From Eledone cirrhosa (taxonomy: Eukaryota): DNA of 64,000 nucleotides. Below, in pieces: positions 1-12,658 of the stretch (positions are counted from its first letter, which is position 1; every line of letters starts with the position of its first letter). The notes under the pieces were generated by a model. That model saw only the letters and a list, made by a program, of their open reading frames with translations. It searched no databases and was not told where the DNA came from. The DNA is taken from assembly GCA_964016885.1 (NCBI GenBank), contig OZ024745.1, positions 59,272,001-59,336,000 on the forward strand, written 5' to 3'. Position numbers and translations under genes: made by a program.

Positions 1-822
1 ATAAAATTCTTTTTAAAAATGTTATCTTTTATTTTTTTTAAAGCCTTCACCACTTAAAACAAAATTTTGTGTGGGTAGTTCAATATCAGTTCAATTTCTC
101 ACATTTAACTTTTGTTGGACACTCATTCGTCGGATATCGACGGGAGAGTCCATCATATATATATATATATATCACTAGAGCACAGGTTCTCAACTCGTTT
201 AGGCCAAAATCACGAAACGCCCTCCTACCCTATTTTTCCATTTTTCAATATACTACTGATTTTGATATCTGTAGATTACTAAAAAATTGATTAACAATAT
301 TCCAAAGATACCATTGCAGGCAGCTGAGAGTAAAATACATTCCTTGAAAGGAAATATATCAATTTCAAAAAAAGGAACATAAATGTCTTTTTTATGAATA
401 AAGACCAGTTGAATTTGTTATATTCCCACCAGGCGATACCAACTATTTTGAACATTTATACAAGAACAACTCTGTCTATCCATAGAGTGCTCTTATATGG
501 AGGAAAGTGGCAATTACATCATTTCAAATCTTTCCAATTTCCCTTTAATGAAACAGACAGAATAAATGTTGATATCTAACTTGATGTCCCCTCTGCTTTG
601 TGAGCTTAGAGACCACGGAAGAGGGTTTTCATGACCACGCGGGAGGGTATATTTATTAGTAAATGGTAAAATATATACAACAAATGAGTAAGTGAATTGT
701 AGTAGATGGTTTCCAGTCCAGTCAGACTGCAACTACAAATAAAAAAAATTGTTAGTTTGCTTTGTGACAATAGCATATCCAAGTTTTCGGATAAATCAAC
801 TTACTTTAACTTTGACCTCATT

Positions 823-1889
823 TTAATGGCACCCTTGAACTTTATGGAGTCTAGCTAACTCTTTGACGTCAGGCTGGATTTTCGTACGATGTAGCCGGAG
901 ATCTCCACATGTAATTACATTGTAGCGGTTGCGAGCCTTACTGTGCAGTCTGGAAACAGCAGCAAACCTCCTCTTGACTAAGTATGAGCTTGGAAAAGGC
1001 AGAGCAAATCTCTTAGTCTCTGCATGTAGGTGTGGAAATCGACGCTGAATTTCCTCTTGCATCCAAAAAAGGGGTTCACCTATTTGGGGAAATCTAATTT
1101 TGATCATGTCATCTGCTTGAAGCTCAATGAATTCTTTCTGAAATTTAACGTCCAAATCATCGACGTTAGCTGTGAAGGGATCTGCTACCCACATTGGGAT
1201 GTCCATCGGCAAAAGGTCGACAAACCGTTTTCTCGTGTTGTCTAGTAGCGCACGGAGGTAAGCGGTATAAATTTGGAGTTGGTCATCGCTTACAATATTT
1301 TGAACATTGGCGACACTAGGAAAATTATAGAATTCCCCCGTCAACAAAGATTCTTTTCGATGACATTCAATTTGGTCAGGAATGTTTTCACAGCATTACT
1401 TGCTTTAAGCAAGGTGATCTTCTTCCCCTGCAAAGCCAAAATGACGCTATTGCATTTGTCGAAGATGTCGGTGAGGTAGGCGCAGTTTTGCCTCACATCG
1501 AGGGTTTTCTTGTACAGTTCTGTGTTGCGACCTCGCAGAAACTCAATGATAGAGTCAAACAGTTCAAAGAAGTGAGTAAGGCACTTGCCCTTTGAAAGCC
1601 ACCTCACTTCATTATGAAGGAGCAACTTGACGAATTCTTCGTCATTATCTTGGCACAGTTGCCGGAAAATTCGTTCATTGAGGGAATGACGTTTGATAAA
1701 ATTGATGACATCAATGGCCACCTGCAAGGACTTGCTCAGAGGCTTGCTGAGTTTCTTCACAGCCAAGTGTTGTCGATGAATGACACAATGAACAACAAAT
1801 ACAGATAGATTTTCTCTCTTCAGAAGAGTGACGAAACCCTTATGTTGGCCGACCATTGCTCTCGCGTCGTCCGTAGCACATGATACAAT
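823..1889 (-). pseudogene. hAT transposase pseudogene, C-terminal half (Buster/Charlie, ZBED5/SCAND3/FAM200-like)
   Basis: ORFs 1341-1856 and 823-1347 join through a frameshift. Motifs: CATDDARAMVG (the TDGA..M motif, upstream of the listed ORF start), HCVIHRQHL (CxxH) and EVRWLSKG (RW). FPSSYLVKRRFAA corresponds to the usual SSYL(V/C)ERGFS, so the catalytic E appears changed to K. No N-terminal/BED part is visible. Confidence 0.9.
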
Positions 1890-1890
1890 G

Positions 1891-2204
1891 TGTGTTGTAT
1901 TTGGTCCTAGATGTATGTATTACCTGCCTGTGTGTTGTAGGTAGTCCTAGATGTATGTATTACCTGCTTATGTATTGCATGTGGTCCTAGATGTATGTAT
2001 TACCTGATTATGTGTTGTATGTGGTCCTAGGTGTTTGTATTACCTGATTATGTGTTGTATGTGGTCCTAGATGTTTGTATTACCTGATTATGTGTTGCAT
2101 GTAGTCCTAGATGTGTGTATTACCTGCTTATGTGTTGTATGTGGTCCTAGATGTGTGTATTACCTGCTTATGTGTTGTATGTGGTCCTAGATGTGTGTGC
2201 TACC
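1891..2204. repeat. 40-bp minisatellite, about 8 copies, inside the hAT element
   Basis: The unit TGTGTTGTATGTGGTCCTAGATGTRTGTATTACCTGMTTA starts at 1891, 1931, 1971 and so on to 2171. Confidence 0.95.
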
Positions 2205-2346
2205 CACTTCTGTGTTTTTTTATTGTTTTTTTTTATTTGTAATATTATTTATACAATAGGAAATAAAATAGATCTACATAGTGTTAACTCGTTACGGTTG
2301 AGTCAATAATTTCAGACATGAAATACATTGTTATCGGTGAAGGAAC

Positions 2347-2774
2347 GACAAGATTCTAACTGGCTGCGCTCAAAGTGTCCTTGACCTAGTTGACTGTGGG
2401 TTTTTCCATTGTTAGGTTCTCAATTGCCGGTTAATGTCTAGACACGCCTGCACACATGCTCACAGACCATAGTTATGTTAACTGCATGCTCATTCAAATG
2501 CATTCACACTGGCTATCTCAAAGACATACAAATAAGGATTATAAAACTTACCAAAGTAAAGACAAGATTCTAACTGGCTGCGATTGAATTGACCTTGACC
2601 CAGTTGACTGTGGGTTTTTCCATGGTTAGGATCTCAATTGCCGGTTAATGTCTAAACACGCCTGCACACCTGCGGTCAGACCATAGTTATGCTGTCTGCA
2701 TGCTCATTCAAATGCATTCACACTGGCTGTCTCAAAGACATACAAATATGGCTTATAAAACTTACCAAAGTAAA
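2347..2774. repeat. 214-bp tandem duplication (2 copies) in the hAT subterminal region
   Basis: GACAAGATTCTAACTGGCTGCG...CTTACCAAAGTAAA occurs at 2347-2560 and 2561-2774, with scattered substitutions. Confidence 0.92.
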
Positions 2775-2982
2775 GAGCCTTCCAGTGCACTCCAAAGGTC
2801 CAAACGCCCCCTAATGCCCCCTTGCTCCCAAACGCCCCCTGGATTTCCGAAACGCCCCCTGGGGGGTGCATATGCCCCCCGTTGAGAACCTTTGCACTAC
2901 AGCAACGAAATAACAGGAGGCTGGACTGGTGTAATTCCTTAAAAGGTGTGACCAGTTCTATCCAGTGGTGAACCAACAAACC

Positions 2983-2985
<3 letters not shown>

Positions 2986-3014
<29 letters not shown>

Positions 3015-3032
3015 CGTATATACATATATATT

Positions 3033-3102
<70 letters not shown>

Positions 3103-3138
3103 TGTATGTATGTATATATGTATATATGTATGTGTGTA
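2986..3138. repeat. Compound microsatellite (AT)n/(CA)n/(TATG)n
   Basis: Read directly from the sequence. Confidence 0.95.
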
Positions 3139-3770
3139 TGGTCAGGTCACCAGTTGGTGCTACTGGTAATATGTATTCCAGTACAACCTGTCCCATGGTC
3201 TGTTCGTTGGCGACTAAACTGGCAACCCCACCAAGGTTTCTTGGTGTGGAGGGTGACTTTGGACATCCTGCAGGACTAAAAACAAAACCTGTCAAAGGGC
3301 AAAGGAGCTCTTAAGAGTCAATGGCCATCCAAAATCACCGGGAGAGATGACCCCTTAGCCTTTGTCAAGGCAGACTTCTAGGAGAAGGAAAACTCTGATA
3401 TAACACCTGCAGCCCTGATGGTATCCAATGATGTTGACTGTTCATATTTTTGGTAAATATCATCTTGGTTAAGAGAGTGGGACTGGCTTTGTACAGTGCC
3501 TTTGCTCGCTATAAAAGCTTCACGGCACAGGCATTGCTTTATATCTGGAGATCTCTTTGCACTTGTCGTCACATGGTACCATGGGCCCAGCACTATGTGT
3601 CAATAATTGTCACAAGTGTAGTGTTTGTACCAGAGTTTTCAAGTCGCTGGCTGGACTAAAAAGTCACACTCGATCAGCTCATCGGTAGGGGTTCTCCTAC
3701 ATGGATATAAAGTAGTGGCCGTACTCGAAAACGAGTTGGCAGCTACCATGTGTGTATGTATTATGTATGT
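3139..3770 (+). mobile_element. Short internally deleted RTE-type retroposon (5' UTR joined to ORF end and 3' tail)
   Basis: The 5' part carries TCTAGGAGAAGGAAAACTCTGA, a motif I recognise from RTE 5' UTRs. Bases 3602-3688 encode NNCHKCSVCTRVFKSLAGLKSHTRSAHR*, a C-x2-C-x12-H-x4-H finger as at RTE ORF C-termini. A short 3' UTR and (TGTA)n-like tail follow. No RT or endonuclease lies between the two parts. Confidence 0.65.
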
Positions 3771-3954
3771 GTACAACGCATTCATAAGGACGCAATTGCA
3801 ATGAAGTACTATATTTTATATTGCGTATTAAAGCAGCAACTAAAAAATATCGACAACATTTATCTAATCATAGAAATCTGTTGGGAATAATGAAGGATTA
3901 ATTGTACAACAGATTAACAACATCGGATTGGTGGAGATTAGTGTCAGCAATATG

Positions 3955-4815
<861 letters not shown>

Positions 4816-5195
4816 TGAGAATTCTAAACAGAATTTTGTGCACTCGTCTTCCTGATAACATTCCATAAATACTCCAAACACTAACGACAATAACATTTCA
4901 ACCCAACCAACCAGCACACCACCACCACCACCAATAACAACAACAACACCAACAACAACAAGAGTAACAGCAACAGTAGCAGAAATGGTGATTCCATTAA
5001 TAACAATAATAAAAATTGTTTCTTATTCAGGCACATAACCTGCAATTTGTAGAAAGTGGGTGGATCGATTCCGTTGAACCCCAGTATTTGATTGGTACTT
5101 TCTTTTATTAATTTCGGAAGGATGAAAGTTGACCCCGGCAGGATTCGAACTCAGAACGTATATCATAATGAAGTATAATGTCACATGTTCTAACC

Positions 5196-5897
5196 CAGAG
5201 GTTCTTAAAGTGGGCGCTACCGCCACCGGGCGGCGTTGAGAAGGTCCATAGAGCGATGGTGAGGAAGTAGAGATGATATAATAGTATATTAAATATCAAA
5301 TTATACATATATATAAATATATATTTCTTTATTTCCCACAAGGGCGCACAAGAAAGGGGGACAAAACAAGGACACATGCCGGGGATTTTACATACAGTCG
5401 TGTAAAAATATTGAAACATACAAATTTAACAATCGAAATCCCCAATAGGGGGGAGGTCCCACAAAAGGGTTGTTTAATACCCCATCGATAGAACAACCCT
5501 CAACTTCAGGAGCGTGTTGTGCAAGTGCTCCTTTCTTCCTTTTATACAGAGAAGGTCCAATCACTCGGGCCATTTTTTCTACATTCACCTACCTTTCAGT
5601 AAATTTACTGGGGTGCAGTGCCTCTTTCTTCGCTCTGATTCTCCTTCTAAAGTGGTACCTAAAGAAGGGAATGAGTTGTTGTCCGAAGAGAAAGAAATAT
5701 AGTAAAATAAATATATATATATTTCTTTATACATAGTATATATTATATTATTTATTATATATAAATTAACGATTTTATTTATATATTATTTACAATTTAC
5801 GTGTAGGCAGGTCTCTCTGGAAATAGGGGTGGGGAGCACTGAGGGTATTACGTAGCTATGATAGGGGACGGTGGCCCAAAAAGTTTGAGAGCCTTTG
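5196..5897. mobile_element. Non-autonomous hAT (Charlie/Buster-type) element
   Basis: Perfect 8-bp TSD TTCTAACC at 5188-5195 and 5898-5905, with central TA. The imperfect TIRs are CAGAGGTTCTTAAAGT and, as reverse complement, CAAAGGCTCTCAAACT. There is no transposase. Confidence 0.9.
5322..5700 (-). mobile_element. 3' end of a LINE (probably L1/Tx1-like) nested in the hAT element
   Basis: The minus strand reads FLFGQQLIPFFRYHFRRRIRAKKEALHPSKFTER*VNVEKMARVIGPSL, resembling L1/Tx1 ORF2 C-termini. A 3' UTR ending in AATAAAGAAAT follows. The clade call is from memory. Confidence 0.5.
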
Positions 5898-6002
5898 TTC
5901 TAACCATTCTGCCAATCCACCATCAATAACAATGAGAGCACAAGGCCAGCAATTTGTGGGGAGGAGAATGGCGATTATGTTAAACCTAGTATTTGACTGG
6001 TT

Positions 6003-6310
6003 TCCCCGGCCTTTGACGTCTTTTGTTTTTCATCCCGCATAGTGTCCAAAAAATCACCCTCCTCACCAAACAAGCTTGATGAGGTTGACGGTTAGTGAAC
6101 AGAAGACCCGACCGTGGGGCAAGTTGTACTGAGTTACATGTTACCAGTAGCGTTCAGGAGGAACTCAGAGCAGTCAACGGTTATCTAATCGTGTGTGAAA
6201 AAAACCCCTCGGTTGACAGACCTCGTTAGTCTTGGTTGACAGTCTGTCTAAGAGAAGGATTACTCTAATTTCAAAACCAGTGTAGATGGAACTGCTTAGT
6301 CATCTTGGTG
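6003..6310. mobile_element. RTE-type 5' UTR fragment with an inverted 5' block
   Basis: Bases 6008-6151 match the reverse complement of 3159-3300. Bases 6155-6280 match 3300-3410 in direct orientation (AGTCAACGG...TCTAAGAGAAGGATTACTCT). Confidence 0.7.
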
Positions 6311-6329
6311 ATAACTTTTCAAGCGGCCA

Positions 6330-6925
6330 ACGGCTTCAACTCTGTGTTGAAGGCAGATGATCTGCCGCTCGGCAACCAGCTTTTGAGTAATGGTCGGAAG
6401 ATGATTCGGGATCCACCGACGTCACTTTTTTTTCTGGTGAGAATTATTAACGTACCATACCGTGTATGTCGTGGCACACTGCCTCTAGGGGCCCGCCCTG
6501 CGTAGCTTGATCCAGATACCAAACGTTGATAGGGGCCGTGATACGCCGGGCAATGTGGTCTATACAAAGAACAAACTTGAGGGGGCCCAAAGGGTCACTC
6601 TGTTGTTGGAACCCAGTGACTCAAGGTATGACCGTATCAGCAGCAAGGAGCATGCTCGCGACTCCATATGACAGGTAGGCCAGCGGCTAGGCAGAGGGGG
6701 TTCGGCTGAGGCAGGCGTCGAGGAGATGCTCACGGTGTATGCTGTTGAAGCCATTCCTCATGTCAAGCTTGACAACGACGTGCCTGGAGTCCCTGGATGC
6801 CGGTTCCGGTGGGCAACTATTAAAGAACTGCCTGGTTACATATGCGGCCCCCTCACATCATATAGATGAGTATTGGTGCAACTGCCCATGGTCCTCGACC
6901 CTCAGCAATAATGATGGGAAGAGAC
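6330..6925 (-). pseudogene. Degenerate reverse transcriptase fragment of a CRE-like (RLE-bearing) non-LTR retrotransposon
   Basis: Minus-strand translation with stops and frameshifts gives CEGAAYVTR...VVVKLDMRNGFNSIHREHLL...GFQQQSDPLGPL...NVWYLDQATQGG. These correspond to the CRE-clade motifs GCEAA, KLDF.NAFNS, GVQQGDPLGPL and WYLDD. Confidence 0.78.
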
Positions 6926-6934
6926 CCAACACCT

Positions 6935-7078
6935 TAGACTTGATTGATATTTATTTTACAGACTCCAGAAAGATGAAAGGCAAAGTTGACTTCAACAAGA
7001 TTTGAACTCAGCACGCAAGGAGCCGGAATAAATACCGCAAAGCATTTCGTCTGACACTCTATGATTCTGCCAATCCAT
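6935..7078 (-). mobile_element. SINE body and head; its tail is probably the fragment at about 5935-6001
   Basis: GAAAGATGAAAGGCAAAGTTGACTTC...GATTTGAACTCAG...GATTCTGCCAATCC belongs to the same family as 9225-9430. Confidence 0.75.
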
Positions 7079-7231
7079 TAATATCGTCACGAGTTCTCAT
7101 TACAGCCACCTGGCGTCTACATAATCATCAATGTGACATTTCATAATGATATGTCAACGAATTGAATTGAAAGTTTTCGAAGAAACGGTTTTTTCTGATG
7201 ATTAACTGTATAAAATTAATTAAAGAAAGAA

Positions 7232-7412
7232 TCTTCTTCTTCTTCTTCTTCTTCTTCTTCTTCTTCTTCTTCTTCTTCTTCTTCTTCTTCACGCGCGTAT
7301 TCCTGAGGGAGTCGTGGGGGAAGAGTCCCCAAACACGCCTTCTAGCGGACCCTGTCAGAAGCAACCGTCTCCAAATGATCCGACTGGATCACCAAGCGAG
7401 ACCATTCGAGCT
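7232..7412 (-). mobile_element. 5'-truncated LINE 3' end (RTE-X-like) with (GAA)n tail
   Basis: (TTC)n spans 7232-7290. The adjacent minus strand encodes LEWSRLVIQSDHLETVASDRSARRRVWGLFPHDS, similar to RTE-X C-termini (WSRLGI...VA.DR..W). Confidence 0.6.
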
Positions 7413-7544
7413 TATAGATTATCCAACCATACTAAATTTATTTAAAAAAACAACTAATAATTCAATAATGAATATCATTACACATGGGCAACAACCCATT
7501 TGAGTGTGCCTACGCAATATCCGAGAGAGATGGTGTTAGAAGGT

Positions 7545-7647
7545 TGGATCTCTGCGTTCTAAGTTTAATTCCTAACAAGGTCAACTTTGCCTTTCATCCT
7601 TTCGAGGTCAATCAACAAACAGTACCAGTCAGGTACTGTGATCGATT
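7545..7647 (+). mobile_element. SINE fragment of the same family, plus strand
   Basis: AGGTCAACTTTGCCTTTCATCCTTTCGAGGTC...AGTACCAGT is the reverse complement of the core seen at 6935-7010 and 9290-9345. Confidence 0.75.
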
Positions 7648-9224
7648 CTTCTTCTATATCTCTTTCTCACTTACTCTATCTCACTTTTTCTCACTCTTCT
7701 TCTCTAGAAGAGATCATCTGTGTTCAAATCTGAGAAAGAGACGCCTCTGTCAAGTTTAATGGCGCCTCTATCAGAAATTATGGTTTCTTACAAACATATA
7801 GGCGTTGTGGTGCCACTTTTACTGGACATCCATCACGCCATTTCAATATGTCTTAGAAATGTTTGGTGGTGCTCATCTCCTCTCCAAGCGCCCAGTCCCT
7901 CATTAAATTTAGCCTGCCACTGTAACCAGTTATCAGAGTGTGACTGAAAAATGTCTTGGGGCCAAAAGTAAGCGTCATCTGAGAACCTGTGTACTCATCC
8001 ATACCTAAGGATGCTGCTACTGGATTACGGTACGTCCGATATTGCAATAACGTTTCTTTGAATCATTTCAAGACAATGACTACAGCATATATTTTGGTAA
8101 AGTTGTTTAACCCACTAACCACCGCCTTTAGATTTGCATTTCATCCCCTATTGTTTTTGTTACAAATACACCCACGACTATCTTCTCGTTTTCTTCTTTC
8201 TTTTAATGCTAATTGTTCCTAGGTCGACATTATCCAACGTATCAAGTCAGATACAATAGACTAGAGATTTGTTTCTCGTCCTTTTAACATTACAGAAACT
8301 GGAGTTAAGCACTTGTCCAACGGATTCCTGTTCCACTTAATCATTAATGTATGTCGATATTATATCAATTGGCTATAATCACAACTTACAGTACTTACAT
8401 CTTGAAGTCATGAAACAGCGATAAAATAAATGATATAACCATAATTATCTTTTACCTGATTAGAATGACTTTTGAGACAACAGCAACGGTGTCTGATTAA
8501 CCTGTTCCAGTGCACCTTTAATGAAGTACAATAGTCAATGATTGAAAAAGAGTCAAGAAAAAACACTTAATTACATATGGTGATGAGGTGCCGGACTAAA
8601 TGTACTCTAATCTTTAGCCTCCACCCACCCTACTTATTTTCATATTCTCGAGTTTAAATGTTGGCGGTTGCTAAGAAAACAGCTTGCTCTATAAATCCCA
8701 CCATGATATTCAGACAGAAGAGTTTTGTTGTTTCGTGAAGCACGAGGATTAATCATGATGTTGAAAAAATATTACATTTTTAAATATTCTATCACTAATA
8801 GTTATGAAATTGGTTGAAAAATTTAGATAACTTTCAGATGTATTTTTTCCTTCGTTTTCTGTTTTCTTTTCTTTTCTTTTTTTTTTAATACTTGCTCTGT
8901 ATGAATAGCTCCAATGCCGGCTGAGATCGTTAAATTGAACAAATACCAATAAACAATGGACTACGCCCACACGCACACTACAAAAATTGATCGTGAATCT
9001 TCTCTAAAGAAATCAAGATATTATATAAAATGTCATTATAGTGTGGATAGCTGAGATATTAGGAGGTTGGAATAAATATATTTTTATGGCAGCGGTTACT
9101 AAAGCGGTCGTTACCATCGCTAATAAAGGTATTTCTACGGAGCAGATGTTGCTTGTGTTTATTGTTGATACCATACAACCTTTCAAACACTAATAGTTCA
9201 AGCCAACTAAATATAGATTTCTAA

Positions 9225-9725
9225 TTGAGGTACAAGGCCAGTAAAGTTGGGGAAAAGTCAAAGTTAATAAAATGAATCCCAGTTCTTGATTGATACTTTA
9301 TTTTATCGACCCTGGAAGGATGAAAGACAAAGCTGACCTCGACGAAATTCGAACTCAGAATGTTAATGGCCAGAATTAGTCCTGCTTTAGAATTTTTTCT
9401 GACGCTCTACCGATTCTAACAATTCACCACCGTTTCTATTTCAATAAATATTGATTTCTGATTTAGGCACAAGGCCAGAAAATTTTGGAAGAAGGGCAAA
9501 GTTGATTAAATCAACCCCTGTACTTGACTGGGATTACAGTTCATTTCACATTGCTTCAGTCCACTCAGGTCGGGAAAATGGGTTCTACCTGTAAATTTGA
9601 GTGACCAGCCTTGTCATATATTGTGTCACGCTGAATCTCCCTGACAACTAACTTAAGGATGCGCGTGTCTGTTACTTACACGTTAATTTCACGAGCAGGC
9701 AGTTCTGTTAATTGAATCAACTGAA
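9225..9725. mobile_element. SINE cluster: near-full minus-strand copy (9225-9430), second tail (about 9460-9530), different SINE-like fragment (about 9535-9725)
   Basis: ACAAGGCCAG tail motifs occur near 9232 and 9469. The core reads TTTATCGACCCTGGAAGGATGAAAGACAAAGCTGACCTCGACGAAATTCGAACTCAGAA. Confidence 0.7.
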
Positions 9726-10149
9726 GCACTCATCTCAAAGTTAATAGAAACTGTTGTACCTTGAAACTCTCTCCTTCCTCACTGACCACCTCTATGACTG
9801 CTGCAGAGACACATCTATCGAAGACTTACTCTCATATGTCACTTTCCGTCACCTTGCTCAAGCATATATATATATATGATGATGATTTCTCACGAATGAA
9901 ACAGTTCTAGTCCTGTAGAAGCTCTTCTATATTAAAACATATATATATATATATCTTTTCCTGGGTCCTGTATTTTCGTTGCTGTGGTAATGCGGCTGGA
10001 CTGCCGATCGCTATATTTGATTTGCTAAGCTGTCTAAACGTATTGTTATTACTCTGGGGTACTATTCCCATTCGAGTGCTAAAGCTACATAGCGAATTTG
10101 CATTCGTTAGTTTGGCCGCAAACTAAAGCTTCGTTAATGCTGTACTAAA

Positions 10150-10185
<36 letters not shown>

Positions 10186-10319
10186 TAAAAAGAAATATTA
10201 AGGAGTATAAAAGATATGAATTTATTTTGCATTAAGGATATTTTAATGGTATTAAATATTGATTAAAATTGCTCTAAAAATTAATCAGGAAAGATTGTGT
10301 GTTGACGTATATTACAAAA

Positions 10320-10675
10320 GCAAAAAGTAGGTTTTTGAATTTCAAATATACTAGGTTTATCAAGTATGTTTTCTAGAGCTCCAATCACTACCGGAATATT
10401 TTGTGTTTTAAGGTGCCACATCCTGTTTATCTCAATTTCTAGTCTAGATCTTTATATTTAGCAAGCTTCTCATATCTTTTGTTGAAACATTTCTTTCAGA
10501 CGGTACAGTCATGTCAATGAGTAAACAGGTCTTGATTTTTAAAGCTTTAATAATAATAATATTAGGGCGGTTTGCATTAATAGTGTGATCTATGAGAATT
10601 GTAAAGTCCCAAAGGATTGTTGCTGCTTTAGTTTCAGTTACTGCATTGTATTTTTTGCATCTTATCCAGTTGATA
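10320..10675 (-). pseudogene. Restriction-like endonuclease (C-terminal) fragment of an R4/Dong-type non-LTR retrotransposon
   Basis: TILWDFTILIDHTINANRPNIIII...TCLLIDMTVPSERNVSTK, then after frameshifts KLAKYKDL and EIEINRMWHLKTQNIPVVIGAL. This matches the R4-clade pattern WDF..TD.....RPD....IDM..P...K..KY.DL; the catalytic RPD reads RPN. Confidence 0.85.
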
Positions 10676-10685
10676 TATTTGCCCC

Positions 10686-10792
<107 letters not shown>

Positions 10793-10867
10793 CGAGGGAA
10801 ATGTGGTAAGGAACAGATGGACCATAACGCACGAAAGTACTCAATACTTAGCGTAGTAGAGTGGGTA

Positions 10868-10990
10868 ATAGAAACAAGTATGACCCCGACGGCAGAGCTC
10901 AAGCCGTTTCGACGGCTAATTCTGGACTCAGTCCAGAATTATCCGTCGAAACGGCTTGAGCTCTGCCGTCGGGGTGATACTTGTTCCTAT
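10868..10990. repeat. Near-perfect palindrome, 61-bp arms, 1-nt centre
   Basis: ATAGAAACAAGTATGACCCCGACGG...CTGGACT-C-AGTCCAG...CCGTCGGGGTGATACTTGTTCCTAT, centred on 10929, with about 3 mismatches. Confidence 0.95.
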
Positions 10991-11027
10991 ATATATATAT
11001 ATATATACTTATTCCTATATACTTGTT

Positions 11028-11072
<45 letters not shown>

Positions 11073-11293
11073 GAATATAAAAGAAAAACGAACACAGATA
11101 TATACATATATGTGTTCAAATCGTAAGGGACCAGATTCGCTAAGGTGAAAAGAATACTAACTATAGACAATTGGGTTCGCTTGTCTCAATTTAAGAAAAA
11201 ATCAAGAAAACAAATACAAACCGGAATTGTGGTAACTACCAATCACCCAGACAACTTGGTGTTGTTTCGCATTGTTCCTAACTCAATATATAC

Positions 11294-11697
<404 letters not shown>

Positions 11698-11773
11698 CTA
11701 CACTCTACTCTGATGAATACCGAGTGCTAATTTTGGCATACCGCCTACGGAAGCACCATAGCTACCACTATAC

Positions 11774-11837
<64 letters not shown>

Positions 11838-11840
<3 letters not shown>

Positions 11841-12334
11841 TTTTTCGAGGTTTTTTATATGAAATCGTGTGTCGAAACAAATATTGTTATACTTGAGGAG
11901 GGTCATATTTGTGTAATAATATGTGTTTATATGTGTTTTTTGTTATTGTGTTTGTGTATGTATTTATTTATTTTTTTAAATTTATTTATACTTCTCTTAG
12001 GTATTGTTTGTTTGGGTGTTGTTGTTATTCCATTCATTTTTTCTGTTTAGCCTTTGCCTTCTCAGTTCTATTTCGCTGGCCTCTTTGATTTGCCTATCTG
12101 CTGGGTCATTACTATGTTTAGATATTATTCTAATTTCTATGTTGTCTATGTTACCGTCGTGTTGTTGTCTGGCATGTTTGTATAGTATTATATGAACATG
12201 CCAGACAACAAACACATATAAACACACACTAGTAAACTAAGATAGAATACAATAACAAGTACACAGTCACCCAAAGACGAAACACATCAAACAAAACACT
12301 ATACACACACGCAAACGCATGCGCAGAGAAGACA

Positions 12335-12366
<32 letters not shown>

Positions 12367-12658
12367 ACAGACTAAATAAAGATGGCGTAGGCATACAATA
12401 CAACGGGAGAAAACATAATAGCACCACTGACGATGTTGCAGATGTGCAACGAAGAACTTTGTTAGACTATATATATCTGTTTGTGTCTATATTGTATCTG
12501 TATTTTTTACCGTTGGTCAGTCAATGGTAACATTGAGGACCGAGTAAATTAAATTAACCGATATAAAAGACACAGAAGCGAAAACCAACCAAACAGTGAG
12601 TGTGTTCTGTTATTAATTCTGGCAATATTATTACACAAATATGACCCTCCCCAAGTAT

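Larger units (their letters stand above)
181..2894 (-). mobile_element. hAT DNA transposon, Buster/Charlie type; both ends intact, internally rearranged and inactive
   Basis: 14-bp TIRs: CACAGGTTCTCAAC at 181-194, and GTTGAGAACCTTTG at 2881-2894 (reverse complement CAAAGGTTCTCAAC). The 8-bp TSD is cactagag (173-180) / cactacag (2895-2902), 7/8 identical, with the central TA typical of Buster-type target sites. Subterminal AAACGCCCC motifs lie at about 2801-2860, and a hAT transposase remnant lies inside. Confidence 0.93.
5025..5921 (-). mobile_element. SINE, cephalopod-type, split by a hAT insertion
   Basis: Tail and body lie at about 5025-5195 (GAAGGATGAAAG...GGATTCGAACTCAGAACG, B-box-like on the minus strand). 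The head resumes at 5898-5921 (ATTCTGCCAATCCACC). The same motifs recur at 6935-7078, 7545-7647 and 9225-9430. Confidence 0.7.

Noticed and set aside
823-1856. Domesticated ZBED/SCAND3-like host gene
   Set aside because: It is frameshifted, N-terminally truncated, has lost the catalytic E and is still bounded by TIRs and a TSD, so it is a dead transposon.
7830-8070. Higher-complexity stretch that might be a host exon (minus-strand frame DDAYFWPQDIFQSHSDNWLQWQAKFNEGLGAWRGDEHH)
   Set aside because: I recognise no domain or convincing splice pair. RNA-seq or tBLASTx would be needed to support it.
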